Assembly: GCA_963662265.2 (NCBI GenBank)
Contig: CAXXHA010000037.1
Coordinates: 1-60,141, forward strand
Source of the DNA: Spirochaetia bacterium
Lineage (GTDB): Bacteria; Spirochaetota; Spirochaetia; CADAEX01
Reading direction: 5' to 3'
Length of the DNA stretch: 60,141 nucleotides
Position 1 is the first letter of the stretch, and each line of letters begins with the position of its first letter. Shown here piece by piece: positions 41,469 to 50,497 of the stretch. The notes under the pieces were generated by a model, which saw only the letters and a list, made by a program, of their open reading frames with translations, searched no databases and had not been told where the DNA came from. A program made the position numbers and the translations under genes.

Positions 41469-42146
41469 TCAGTAATTAGAACCTTTCTCGAGATAAAAAG
41501 CCCTCTGAGTAATATCCGGAAGTGTCAAGTGTGAAGAATCTGAATTAATTTCAAGTTTCCATTCACCAGAAACAAGGCTGAACAGAGAAACAGAACACAT
41601 TGGCTGATAATCATCAGGAACCACATTTATCAGTGATTTATAAATTGACTTGATAGGAGAACCGTGGCTTATAATCAGTATATTTCCATTATATTTATTA
41701 ATAATTTCTGATAACACCTTTTCTGTTCTTTTATCAAGCTCATTCCGGCTTTCCGGGTAAGCAGAAGGAGTCACAGACTCATATGATGTGTTTAGAAAAG
41801 GAAATTTTTCCGCCATTTCATCAGGAGAGGGAAGTTCAGGTTTATAACTGAATTCATCACTCTTGAGCCACTCGGAAAATCCGGTTTCCACATTGAATTT
41901 CATTCCTTTTTTTTCAGCTATAGCATTTGCTGTCTGAAGTGTCCTGAGAAACGGAGAAGTAAAAATATAATCAATTTGTTCACTCATTAATCGAACAGCA
42001 GTTTCTTCCGCCTGCTTGATGCCTTTCTCGTCAAGCGGAGGATTATATGGATTTTCTGCGGTTTTTACCCAGTCAGGATCTGTAAAATCAACCCGCAGGC
42101 CGTGCCTTACAATCCAGATATTTTTTTCTTTTTCAGCCAATTGCAT
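41469..42146 (-). CDS. Histidine phosphatase (phosphoglycerate mutase-like) family protein
   Basis: VRHG, TSPFLRTLQTA, ISHG. Start is ATG 42146 or TTG 42140 after GGGGA. Confidence 0.88.
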   Translation of the reverse strand: MQLAEKEKNIWIVRHGLRVDFTDPDWVKTAENPYNPPLDEKGIKQAEETAVRLMSEQIDYIFTSPFLRTLQTANAIAEKKGMKFNVETGFSEWLKSDEFSYKPELPSPDEMAEKFPFLNTSYESVTPSAYPESRNELDKRTEKVLSEIINKYNGNILIISHGSPIKSIYKSLINVVPDDYQPMCSVSLFSLVSGEWKLEINSDSSHLTLPDITQRAFYLEKGSNY

Positions 42147-42255
42147 TTCCCCGGTAATAATTATTAAAAATGAATCCAGGAAGAATCTGATCCTGCAGAC
42201 ATTTTGTTCAGTCAAATTTTTCCTTATTATATACAATTTTCTATTAATAAAAAAT

Positions 42256-42301
42256 CCCCCTTTGCACCGTGTTTTAAACCGGCAGCCAGCTGCAAAGGGG
42301 G
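42256..42301 (-). terminator. Stem-loop after the HAD gene
   Basis: CCCCTTTGCA / TGCAAAGGGG stem with a minus-strand T run. Confidence 0.5.
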
Positions 42302-42329
42302 GAAAAGGAGGATTATTTTTAACTTTGAA

Positions 42330-43382
42330 TTATTCTTCCGGACAACCGGACTTTATTTCCTTATTTTTAATCATATGGACAATTTCATCCCATGAAAATC
42401 CACTATCAAGTTTTTCACAGATATGGTCCATCCACTTTCTGTTTGCATCAACTCCAAAGCCTCCGAAAACAACATTATCTCCCGGATCTGTTTTTTCACC
42501 AAAAGATAAAAGCGTTATTCCGTCAATATTTCTTATCATATTGTCATTTCCGCCCTCAAATATTTCATTACCGGCAAAGATAATTTCTTCAGGGTCTATC
42601 TTTTCAGAAATAACAAGATTTCTTGTTGCTTTTTCCTTATTGTTTCCTTCCAGTACAAATTTAATGCCTCTGGCCCCGGGGAAAGGGATAATAACAGGCC
42701 TGTCACCTATCCCGGCCAGCCAGTCAAGTTCCTTCAGCCGTTTTCCCGCATAGGAAATAAGTTCCTTCCTGACACTGATTGCTTTTTCAGTCTTATAAGG
42801 ATCTGCTGAGATGTCACCAAGCATCATCCAGCTGACCGAGCCTCCCCTGAAATAGGTTTCCGAAGCATCTGAATCATACCCTCTTTTTTCAAGTATCCCC
42901 TTCATCTCCTCAAGAATAGAAGTCTCCGGAGAAATACCTTTATTCTCAAGAAGTCTGCATCCTGAACCAATTCTCTTTTCAATTTCTGATTCTGAACCTG
43001 CTTTTCCGCCTGACAGTTCGTTCAGAATATTCTGATACTCGTCCCTGCCAAGAACAGCAATCCCCTGCGCATCAGAAAATACTGTTCTGAATTCTTCATC
43101 TTCATTCCATTTGCCTTCAGAGTAATAATACTTATGGCTGCCGTCTCCTCCATAGTAGAGTACATGTGAAAGTAGTTCTTCAGGCAGCCTGAATAGAATT
43201 CTCGGTCCAAGCTTTACAACTGCTACACCGCTCATGGGAATCCAGGCAATATTATTTTTTTTGAAAATTCTTATCTTTTCTGCAAGCCAGTTAACCCATT
43301 CATTATCAGGCATTACACCTGATTCTATTAAAGTATCATCAATATCTGTCATCCAGGCACCTGAATACACCTTTCCTGTCAT
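42330..43382 (-). CDS. HAD superfamily IIB phosphatase/phosphomutase-like protein
   Basis: Motif I DIDDT, motif II MSG, motif III K (GNNK), motif IV FAGNEIFEGGND. Confidence 0.75.
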   Translation of the reverse strand: MTGKVYSGAWMTDIDDTLIESGVMPDNEWVNWLAEKIRIFKKNNIAWIPMSGVAVVKLGPRILFRLPEELLSHVLYYGGDGSHKYYYSEGKWNEDEEFRTVFSDAQGIAVLGRDEYQNILNELSGGKAGSESEIEKRIGSGCRLLENKGISPETSILEEMKGILEKRGYDSDASETYFRGGSVSWMMLGDISADPYKTEKAISVRKELISYAGKRLKELDWLAGIGDRPVIIPFPGARGIKFVLEGNNKEKATRNLVISEKIDPEEIIFAGNEIFEGGNDNMIRNIDGITLLSFGEKTDPGDNVVFGGFGVDANRKWMDHICEKLDSGFSWDEIVHMIKNKEIKSGCPEE

Positions 43383-43461
43383 ATCTGTAATCCTTGTTTT
43401 GAGATAATATTTATATTTGAGTCTTTTTAAATGCCGGAACAGCCATGTTCCGGCAGATAAC

Positions 43462-44565
43462 TTATCCCTCGATCAGCTTTTCGTTGCTGTCATAAAGAAG
43501 AATACTTCCGGAGGGAATATGGAGATTAATGTCTTCTCCTACAGAAAAATCCACTTCCTGCTGCATCAGGACATTGAAAACATTTTTGCCGACTTCAACC
43601 TGCATAACAGTTTCAGAACCTGAAGGAAGTACAGTTTTCACTTTACCGGGGACCTGGTTTTCATTCTGATCAGAATTTACCAGTATCTTTTCCGGACGTA
43701 CAGCCACGAAGAAATCATCAGCAGACAACTTTTCCTTGCTGTAACCTGTGACAAGTTTATCGCCGCTGTCAAATCCAATCACTGCATTATCACCGGCTTC
43801 ATCTTTTACAAGACTGCTCTTGATAATATTTATTGGAGGACTTCCGATAAAATCCGCGACAAACATTGTTTCAGGATAGTGATAAACTTTTTTAGGATGA
43901 TCTTTATGCTCAATTTTACCATTATTAAGAATTGCTATTTCAGTAGCCATTGTAAGCCCTTCCACCTGGTCATGGGTAACATAAAGAGTGGTTGCTTCAA
44001 CCTGCTTATGAATATTCTTAATCTCGGCTCTCATTTCCATTCTCAGCTTGGCATCAAGATTGGAAAGAGGTTCATCCATGAGAAATATTGACGGTTCAGT
44101 TGCAAGCATTCTTGCAAGAGCAACCCTCTGCTGCTGACCGCCGCTCATCTCCTGGGGATATCTTTCTGCCATATCATAAAGCTTCATGTAGGATAGAGCT
44201 TCTTTTACCTTTTCCTTTATCTTGCTTTCTTCCATTTTTTTCACACGGAGGCCGAATGCAATATTTTCAAAAACAGTCATGTGGGGCCAGAGCGCATAAC
44301 TCTGGAAAACAAGCCCAAGCTGCCTTTCCCTTGCAGGCACACAGATCCCCTTCTCTGAAGAAAATACAATTTTATCGCCTATCTGTATTTCACCGGATGT
44401 AGGAATCTCAAGTCCGGCAATCATTCTAAGAATTGTTGTCTTTCCGCATCCTGAAGGGCCGAGAAGTGTTAGAAAAGCTCCTTCATCTATAGAGAATGAA
44501 ACATTATCAACAGCTGTCACATCCCCCCATCTTTTGGTCAAATTTCTGATTTCTACAAAACTCAT
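43462..44565 (-). CDS. ABC transporter ATP-binding protein (FbpC/AfuC/PotA type) with TOBE domain
   Basis: GPSGCGKTT, FQSYALWPHM, MSGGQQQRV, DEPLSNLDA. Confidence 0.92.
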   Translation of the reverse strand: MSFVEIRNLTKRWGDVTAVDNVSFSIDEGAFLTLLGPSGCGKTTILRMIAGLEIPTSGEIQIGDKIVFSSEKGICVPARERQLGLVFQSYALWPHMTVFENIAFGLRVKKMEESKIKEKVKEALSYMKLYDMAERYPQEMSGGQQQRVALARMLATEPSIFLMDEPLSNLDAKLRMEMRAEIKNIHKQVEATTLYVTHDQVEGLTMATEIAILNNGKIEHKDHPKKVYHYPETMFVADFIGSPPINIIKSSLVKDEAGDNAVIGFDSGDKLVTGYSKEKLSADDFFVAVRPEKILVNSDQNENQVPGKVKTVLPSGSETVMQVEVGKNVFNVLMQQEVDFSVGEDINLHIPSGSILLYDSNEKLIEG

Positions 44566-44582
44566 TTTATCCTCTTTATATT

Positions 44583-46409
44583 CTAATCTTCTTCAACTTT
44601 GGTAATTTTCCTGGCAGTGAAATTACCTACCAGTACAATCACAATAATCATCATACTTATAGCGCTTGAGAACTGGACATATCCCTGTTCCTGATACCGG
44701 AATGTCATTGTTGTAAGAGTCCTGGTATTTGGACTTACAAGGAGAACAATAACTGCCAGTTCCCTCATTACTGTTATGAAAACAAGGATAAATCCGGAAA
44801 CAGCGCTTCTGATGCTCAATGGAAGAATAATTTTCCTGAAACTTCTTCCCCATTTTGCGCCGGAAATCTCTGACGCTTCTTCAAGCTCGCTTCCTATCTG
44901 AAGCATGGCTGAAATACCGGTCCGGGAAGTAAAGGGGAGATTCTTCGCCACACTGACCAGAACAAGAAGTGAGAAAGTCCCGTAAAGTGCAGGGAGCGGG
45001 CCTATTTTCTGGGTGAAAAGGGCCAGATAAAGAGCTCCGAATGCGATACTTGGGACAAGGTATGGAAGAAAAGCTACCTGCTCCAGTGTCTGCGAAAGTT
45101 TTGTATTTCGTCCTTTTACTACGGCATACCCGACAAATATACCAACAAATCCCGCTATACATGAAGAAACAATTGCAAGCTTTATACTGTTCCATGCTGA
45201 TTTGAGAATTGCAGAGTTTCTTAATACCCCTGCCTCACCTTCTGCAAAGGCAGTTCCGCCTTCACCTAACCAGAAGAGATGAGTCATGTCCTTGAATGAG
45301 TAGCTTCCCGGATAAAGAGATACTGTCTGAAGCATAAGAAGCACTACAGGAAGTACAACTGCAATAAAAATCAGAACAAGAACAATAGCAGTAAGCGGCT
45401 TTCTTGCTTTGCCGAGAGGTGTCCGGCTTATCCTGAACCCTTTTCCGCCAATTGTTACATAGCTTTTTCTCTTTCCTACTATTCTCTGATTTATAAAGAT
45501 AATAACAGTAGAAAGAGCAAGCAGAATAAATGCAAGAATATAACCCGTTGCTGTGTTTCTGTTATTTATATTTGAATATATCTGTGTAGTAAGTGTGAAA
45601 AACCTGACAGGAGAACCAAGAAAATACGGGGTACCGAAAATACCGATTGTTCTTGAAAATGTAAGTATAAAACTTGAAAGCAGTGCAGGTATTACAAGAG
45701 GAAATGTAATCCTCTTTAATATGTAGCCTCTTGTCGCTCCAAGTATTTCCCCTGATTCTTCAAGCCTTGAATCAATACTCTTCAAAGCTGCTGATACAAG
45801 GAGAAAAGTATACGGGAAATAATGTATTGAAAGTGTAATCACAATCGGAAGGAATCCGTACGAAACCCAGTCCGGAGGAACAATCCCTGTAATATACTGA
45901 AACAGCCCGGCAGCTCCACCTACCCTGTCATTCTTGAAGAGTGTGAGCCAGCTGAGTGCATGGATATATGAAGGGATCATATAGGGAACAACCGCAGTTG
46001 CCATTATCATTTTCCTGAAAGGGATATCTGTTCTTGCAACAAGCCAGGCAAGACCGCCGCCAATTGTCATAGCAAAGAAGGAAATCCCGACCCCTATTGA
46101 AATTGAATTTAAAAGCGGTTTCCACAGGACCGTTTTAGAAAGACCTGATGCCAGCATTCTTTTCCAGTGGAAAAGTGTTAATTTTCCGGGCTCCGCATCG
46201 GGTGACAGCCGGATATCTTCAAGCTGCCAGATAAAAGTATCAATAAACATCTTTAATATTGGTATTACAACAAGCACCACCAATAAAACAAGCAGAACCA
46301 TGGAAAGGACAACATGGGGCTGTCTGATATAGTTTTTAAACCTGCTTAGATAAATATGTTTATTATCTTTTAATGATCTGATTTTACCAAGATACATATT
46401 TATAGCCAT
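44583..46409 (-). CDS. ABC transporter fused double permease (FbpB/AfuB type)
   Basis: Two EAA loops (LEESGEILGA, LEEASEISGA); about 12 TM helices. Confidence 0.9.
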   Translation of the reverse strand: MAINMYLGKIRSLKDNKHIYLSRFKNYIRQPHVVLSMVLLVLLVVLVVIPILKMFIDTFIWQLEDIRLSPDAEPGKLTLFHWKRMLASGLSKTVLWKPLLNSISIGVGISFFAMTIGGGLAWLVARTDIPFRKMIMATAVVPYMIPSYIHALSWLTLFKNDRVGGAAGLFQYITGIVPPDWVSYGFLPIVITLSIHYFPYTFLLVSAALKSIDSRLEESGEILGATRGYILKRITFPLVIPALLSSFILTFSRTIGIFGTPYFLGSPVRFFTLTTQIYSNINNRNTATGYILAFILLALSTVIIFINQRIVGKRKSYVTIGGKGFRISRTPLGKARKPLTAIVLVLIFIAVVLPVVLLMLQTVSLYPGSYSFKDMTHLFWLGEGGTAFAEGEAGVLRNSAILKSAWNSIKLAIVSSCIAGFVGIFVGYAVVKGRNTKLSQTLEQVAFLPYLVPSIAFGALYLALFTQKIGPLPALYGTFSLLVLVSVAKNLPFTSRTGISAMLQIGSELEEASEISGAKWGRSFRKIILPLSIRSAVSGFILVFITVMRELAVIVLLVSPNTRTLTTMTFRYQEQGYVQFSSAISMMIIVIVLVGNFTARKITKVEED

Positions 46410-46664
46410 TATATTGTTAAATCTCCTGTAAAATCAGGCTGCGATATGCAGCCTGATCTGTATTAGTTATGGGCGCCTTTAAAACTTGCTTTTGCGAGTT
46501 TTTTCCTTAGATGTTTACACACAAGGCACCTGTCCCCGAAGGGGGGAATCTATAAGAAAAAACTATGTTTTTGTTATACAACAAATTATTATCACACAAG
46601 AAGCTGTAGTCTAAATTGGCATAAATTGATGCAAAATTAAAAAACATAGTTTTTAGAGATTCCC

Positions 46665-47843
46665 TTATAAATTTGAAACCCAGAACTCGAGTATTTTCTG
46701 TCCTTCACTCCAGACAAAATCGGAATTAGCTTCCCACATGTTAAGTTCTGAAAGTTTTTTCATACCTTTTACAGGCGGATGGTCGTCTCGTACAGAAAAA
46801 TTACCAACTGTCTGATATGGCTTATATCCGCCTTCTCCGTTTTCATCACCCATCATGTAGTTAATCATCAGTTTTGCTGCATTCGGATGTTTAGCATCCT
46901 TTACAATTGCCATGATTACATTTGTAGAAAATCCCATCATTGGTGACATATCTTCTATATATGTAAACTTCATGTTGGGGTCTTTCTTCTTGTCTCTGAG
47001 TCTTGAAATAGATGTAAGACCTACAGGAGGATTATCCTGGTCAGAAAGCCCTACAGCCTTTGCAACAGCATTTGTTGATCCCATTACAACAAGATCGTTT
47101 TTAATCATTCTGTATATCCATTCATAACCTGCATTTTCAATTCCGGGACTGAGTTCAATTTCCTTGCCGAAAACTCTTTTATATTCTTCAGCCATCTTGT
47201 CAGCATTCATTACAACAGTTGAAAGGATTTCAACATACTCTGACATCTTCTGTGGGTCCGGCATGAGGACTCTTCCTCTCCATTTTTCTGTTGTAAGGTC
47301 CCAGTAAGAGGAAACAGGTGGTTTGTCGTATTTTTCATTATTATACATAATTGCCTGTGTACTGGTATGATGTACAAGGAAAGGAACTCTGTATTTTTCC
47401 GGCACTTTATCCATCATTGTTGAAGGTACATAGCTGTATACAAGGCCTCTTTTCTGAAGAACATTTTCCACTGTTGGACCGTCTTTGAGAAAGATAATAT
47501 CTGCTTCACAGTTTCCTGCGCTCTGTTCAGCCAGAACCTTTGTAATAATTTCTGCAGAGTCAATATCATACCCATTTACCTTGATTCCAGGATATTTTTC
47601 CTCAAATGTAGGTCCGAATTTGAAAACCCTTGAAGAATAGGAATATATACTGACAGCTCCCTCAGCCTTTGCTGCTTCGTAAAGCGCTGCTTCGTCAAAG
47701 GTTTTTTCGGCATATTCACCAACCTTTGCATCCATTGCCCATTGATCCTTGACCTCAGCATCAGCTGCTTCTTTTTTTCCACCAGCCATAAGCATAGGTG
47801 CGATCAATAAAAAAACAAAAACTAGATAGAAATATCTTTTCAT
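46665..47843 (-). CDS. ABC transporter substrate-binding protein (AfuA/FbpA-like, family 6)
   Basis: Signal peptide, AAKAEG.V.IYS, YNNE, WDLT...WRG, AKHPNAAKL. Confidence 0.85.
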   Translation of the reverse strand: MKRYFYLVFVFLLIAPMLMAGGKKEAADAEVKDQWAMDAKVGEYAEKTFDEAALYEAAKAEGAVSIYSYSSRVFKFGPTFEEKYPGIKVNGYDIDSAEIITKVLAEQSAGNCEADIIFLKDGPTVENVLQKRGLVYSYVPSTMMDKVPEKYRVPFLVHHTSTQAIMYNNEKYDKPPVSSYWDLTTEKWRGRVLMPDPQKMSEYVEILSTVVMNADKMAEEYKRVFGKEIELSPGIENAGYEWIYRMIKNDLVVMGSTNAVAKAVGLSDQDNPPVGLTSISRLRDKKKDPNMKFTYIEDMSPMMGFSTNVIMAIVKDAKHPNAAKLMINYMMGDENGEGGYKPYQTVGNFSVRDDHPPVKGMKKLSELNMWEANSDFVWSEGQKILEFWVSNL

Positions 47844-47877
47844 TTTTCTCTCCTAATGATATTATTTTTCCATATCA

Positions 47878-47948
47878 CCAGAATATTCTGGAAATATTCT
47901 GCTGTCAATCTAATTTTTGGAAATATATTATTATTTTCTGGAAATTAT
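47878..47948. promoter_or_regulatory. Candidate RpiR operator in the divergent promoter
   Basis: Palindrome CCAGAATATTCTGG at 47878-91 and three TGGAAAT copies at 47889, 47918 and 47939. Confidence 0.4.
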
Positions 47949-47972
47949 TTACTATTACAAGGGAACAACATT

Positions 47973-48869
47973 ATGAAAAAACCAGAGAAGGAAAAGCCTG
48001 AAGATATTATGGAGATTATTCACTCCAAGTATACAGACCTTCCTAAACAGCTGAAAAAAATTGCAGATTATCTTACATTCAACCTGCAGGACGCAATATT
48101 CTACTCCATATCTGAACTAGCAGCGAAACTGGAAATGAGCGAATCTGCAATTGTAAGATTTTCAAAAAATATCGGATACTCAGGGTTTCCTGAACTGAAA
48201 AAGGAACTTGTCAATTATTATAAATATCACAGCCATCCTGCCCAGAAGATTCAGAGTTACCTTGATGAACTGCCTCATGACGATTTTCTTTATACAAGCA
48301 TGATCAAGAAGGAAATTGACTACCTGAGCAAATCTGCAAGTTCAATAGACAGAAATGTCTTCGATAAAGCTGTAGACAGGATATGCAACGGGGAAAATAT
48401 TTATATTTTCGGTCATGGAACTTCTGAATCACTTGCATGTTTTCTTAACTTTCGCCTTAACAGGTTCAACCTCAAAACAACAAGAATTTCTGAAACAGGA
48501 AGAAATCTTCTCGAAAAACTTGTACATATTACAGACAGGGATTTTGTAATAGTATACTGCTTTTTCAAATCATTTTATAAATCTTCCTATGACAATGAAT
48601 ATCTTATGGACTTCCTCAGAAGAGAACAGATACCAAACCTTCTCATAACCGATCTCCAGTCAAATCCGATATTAAGGTCAGCTGATCTTGTCCTGTCAGC
48701 AAAAAGGGGACCTTTCGGAACATTCCAGTCCCAGATTGTACCAATGGCTATAACAAATGCACTTATAATTGGAACTGCGGAAAAACTCGGAGATGATGCA
48801 TTCAAAACACTGGACAGGCTTGAAACGCTGAGAAGCTTTTATAATAATTCTGATATGTCAAGAATGTAA
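47973..48869 (+). CDS. RpiR/MurR family transcriptional regulator (HTH plus SIS)
   Basis: SISELA...SESAIVRFSKNIGYSGFPELK and SIS motif IYIFGHGTS. The start is moved to ATG 47973. Confidence 0.92.
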   Translation: MKKPEKEKPEDIMEIIHSKYTDLPKQLKKIADYLTFNLQDAIFYSISELAAKLEMSESAIVRFSKNIGYSGFPELKKELVNYYKYHSHPAQKIQSYLDELPHDDFLYTSMIKKEIDYLSKSASSIDRNVFDKAVDRICNGENIYIFGHGTSESLACFLNFRLNRFNLKTTRISETGRNLLEKLVHITDRDFVIVYCFFKSFYKSSYDNEYLMDFLRREQIPNLLITDLQSNPILRSADLVLSAKRGPFGTFQSQIVPMAITNALIIGTAEKLGDDAFKTLDRLETLRSFYNNSDMSRM

Positions 48870-48877
48870 TTTTTGAC

Positions 48878-48913
48878 TATTGAATAAACAGACTTTATTC
48901 TGTTTATTCAATA
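48878..48913. terminator. 15-bp stem-loop between convergent genes
   Basis: TATTGAATAAACAGA / TCTGTTTATTCAATA. Confidence 0.55.
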
Positions 48914-48981
48914 ACCGGAATATTTGCCGTATAAAGCAGGAATTTTCTTCAATTTATTTCGAGACGACCATTAAAAAATTA

Positions 48982-50355
48982 TCAGTCAACATGATACTGC
49001 CTGAACAGTTCAAGAATTGAATCCTGTGGCCCTGTTAAATCAAGAGTTATTCCTTTTCTTTTCAATTGCGAATATATATTCAGAAGAGACTCGATACTGT
49101 CCCTGTCTATCTGCTTGATATCGTAGAAATGAAACACTATGTTTTTTGTTCCCTTCTGCATCTCATTTCTGATAAGCTGCTTGATAAAAGGGATATAGGA
49201 AAATATAAGGTTCCCCCGGAGAGCATACTCGCCGGGATGTTTATCATCGATAATGATACTGAACGGATTAAACCAGTCATGGTCTTCCTCTTTCTTATTC
49301 TTTTCGTTTTCAATATGTTCGAGAAGTTCATTTGTATCACGGAGCCTCTGTACCAGCCCCTGGATAAGATCCATAAACCAGACAGGAATATTATAGATAT
49401 TGTTGTAGAATTCCCTTATATCAACAGTATAAACTGTGCTCGGTTTATCCGCCCTTACCGTGGCAGATCTCGGCCCCTGTTTGATAAGAGCCATTTCACC
49501 AAGAACATCCCCGTCATTTGCATTATCAAGAAAAACTTCGCCCTCTTCGGTTTCCATGAAAATGGAAAAACTCCCGTTCTTTACAACATAGAGACGATCC
49601 CCGAAATCACCCTGTTTTATCAGATTTTCATCTTTTTCTATTTTTCTTGACGGGGCTTTGCTGCTTATCAGTATATCGCTTATACCCTTGATGGAAAGGA
49701 CCTTGTCTTTGATAAGCTGGACATTTTCAATTTTAATATTGGATTGTTTTGTAAGCGACAGTAGATAATGAAGACCGGAATCATCTATATCTATTACATT
49801 GGAAAAATCAAGAACCAGGGGATAAATATTTTTAACAACAAGCAACCTGAGCCTGTTTTTTATTATTTCCACCCCTTTGGCGCTCAGACTTCCCTTAAGA
49901 TAGATCCGTCCTTCCCTTGAACTTCCGCTGTATTCCGCATCAAATTTTTCAATACCATTTTTATTTTCAGATTCCTTCCCGGGAGCAGAACCATTCTGAT
50001 CCAGCTGGGAACTGACCCTTTTTGTGGTTTTCAGAATTCTCTTTACAAGAACTTTGGCAATGCTTACAGCCCAGTTTGAAATCCCGAGGTTTTCGTCTGA
50101 AAGGATATCAGGAGTTATCATGTTTGCAATAACATCAGTTTTTGCAATCACAGTAGCGCTTCTTGGTATCCCGGAAAGGAATGACATCTCCCCTATGTAA
50201 TGGGCTTTTCCAAGCTCTGTGATCTTAACCATCCTGCCGTTTTTGTTAATAAAAACTTCCACTGAACCGGATCTGAGGATATACATTTCACGTGTATTAT
50301 CCCCTTCCGTAAAAATAATATCATCCTTGAAAAATCTGACAAGTTTTGTTTCCAT
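48982..50355 (-). CDS. Tandem cNMP-binding/STAS signalling protein (cNMP-STAS-cNMP-STAS)
   Basis: Two GE...RSATV phosphate-binding cassettes; two STAS-like segments (LVLDFSNVIDIDDSGL; IVFHFYDIKQIDRDSI). Confidence 0.8.
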   Translation of the reverse strand: METKLVRFFKDDIIFTEGDNTREMYILRSGSVEVFINKNGRMVKITELGKAHYIGEMSFLSGIPRSATVIAKTDVIANMITPDILSDENLGISNWAVSIAKVLVKRILKTTKRVSSQLDQNGSAPGKESENKNGIEKFDAEYSGSSREGRIYLKGSLSAKGVEIIKNRLRLLVVKNIYPLVLDFSNVIDIDDSGLHYLLSLTKQSNIKIENVQLIKDKVLSIKGISDILISSKAPSRKIEKDENLIKQGDFGDRLYVVKNGSFSIFMETEEGEVFLDNANDGDVLGEMALIKQGPRSATVRADKPSTVYTVDIREFYNNIYNIPVWFMDLIQGLVQRLRDTNELLEHIENEKNKKEEDHDWFNPFSIIIDDKHPGEYALRGNLIFSYIPFIKQLIRNEMQKGTKNIVFHFYDIKQIDRDSIESLLNIYSQLKRKGITLDLTGPQDSILELFRQYHVD

Positions 50356-50497
50356 AACGTTTCACCAAAACGTAATCCTAAAGCAGGAAATTGCAGCTGT
50401 CAACTTTTTTGAAAGCCTTTTTTCACTTTTACATGTAATATTTTCATTTTCAATGCAATTGTTGATTTTTTTCATAAAAAATGCAAAAAATACAGGC

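Noticed and set aside
42016-42753. 245-aa plus-strand ORF
   Set aside because: Antisense to two well-supported genes and spans their terminator.
46616-46633. Second sigma54 promoter (TTGGCATAAATTGATGC)
   Set aside because: GG-to-GC spacing is 11 rather than 10, and it points antisense into the SBP gene.
50219-50497. 93-aa N-terminal extension of DUF368
   Set aside because: It overlaps the divergent cNMP gene; family similarity starts after ATG 50498.
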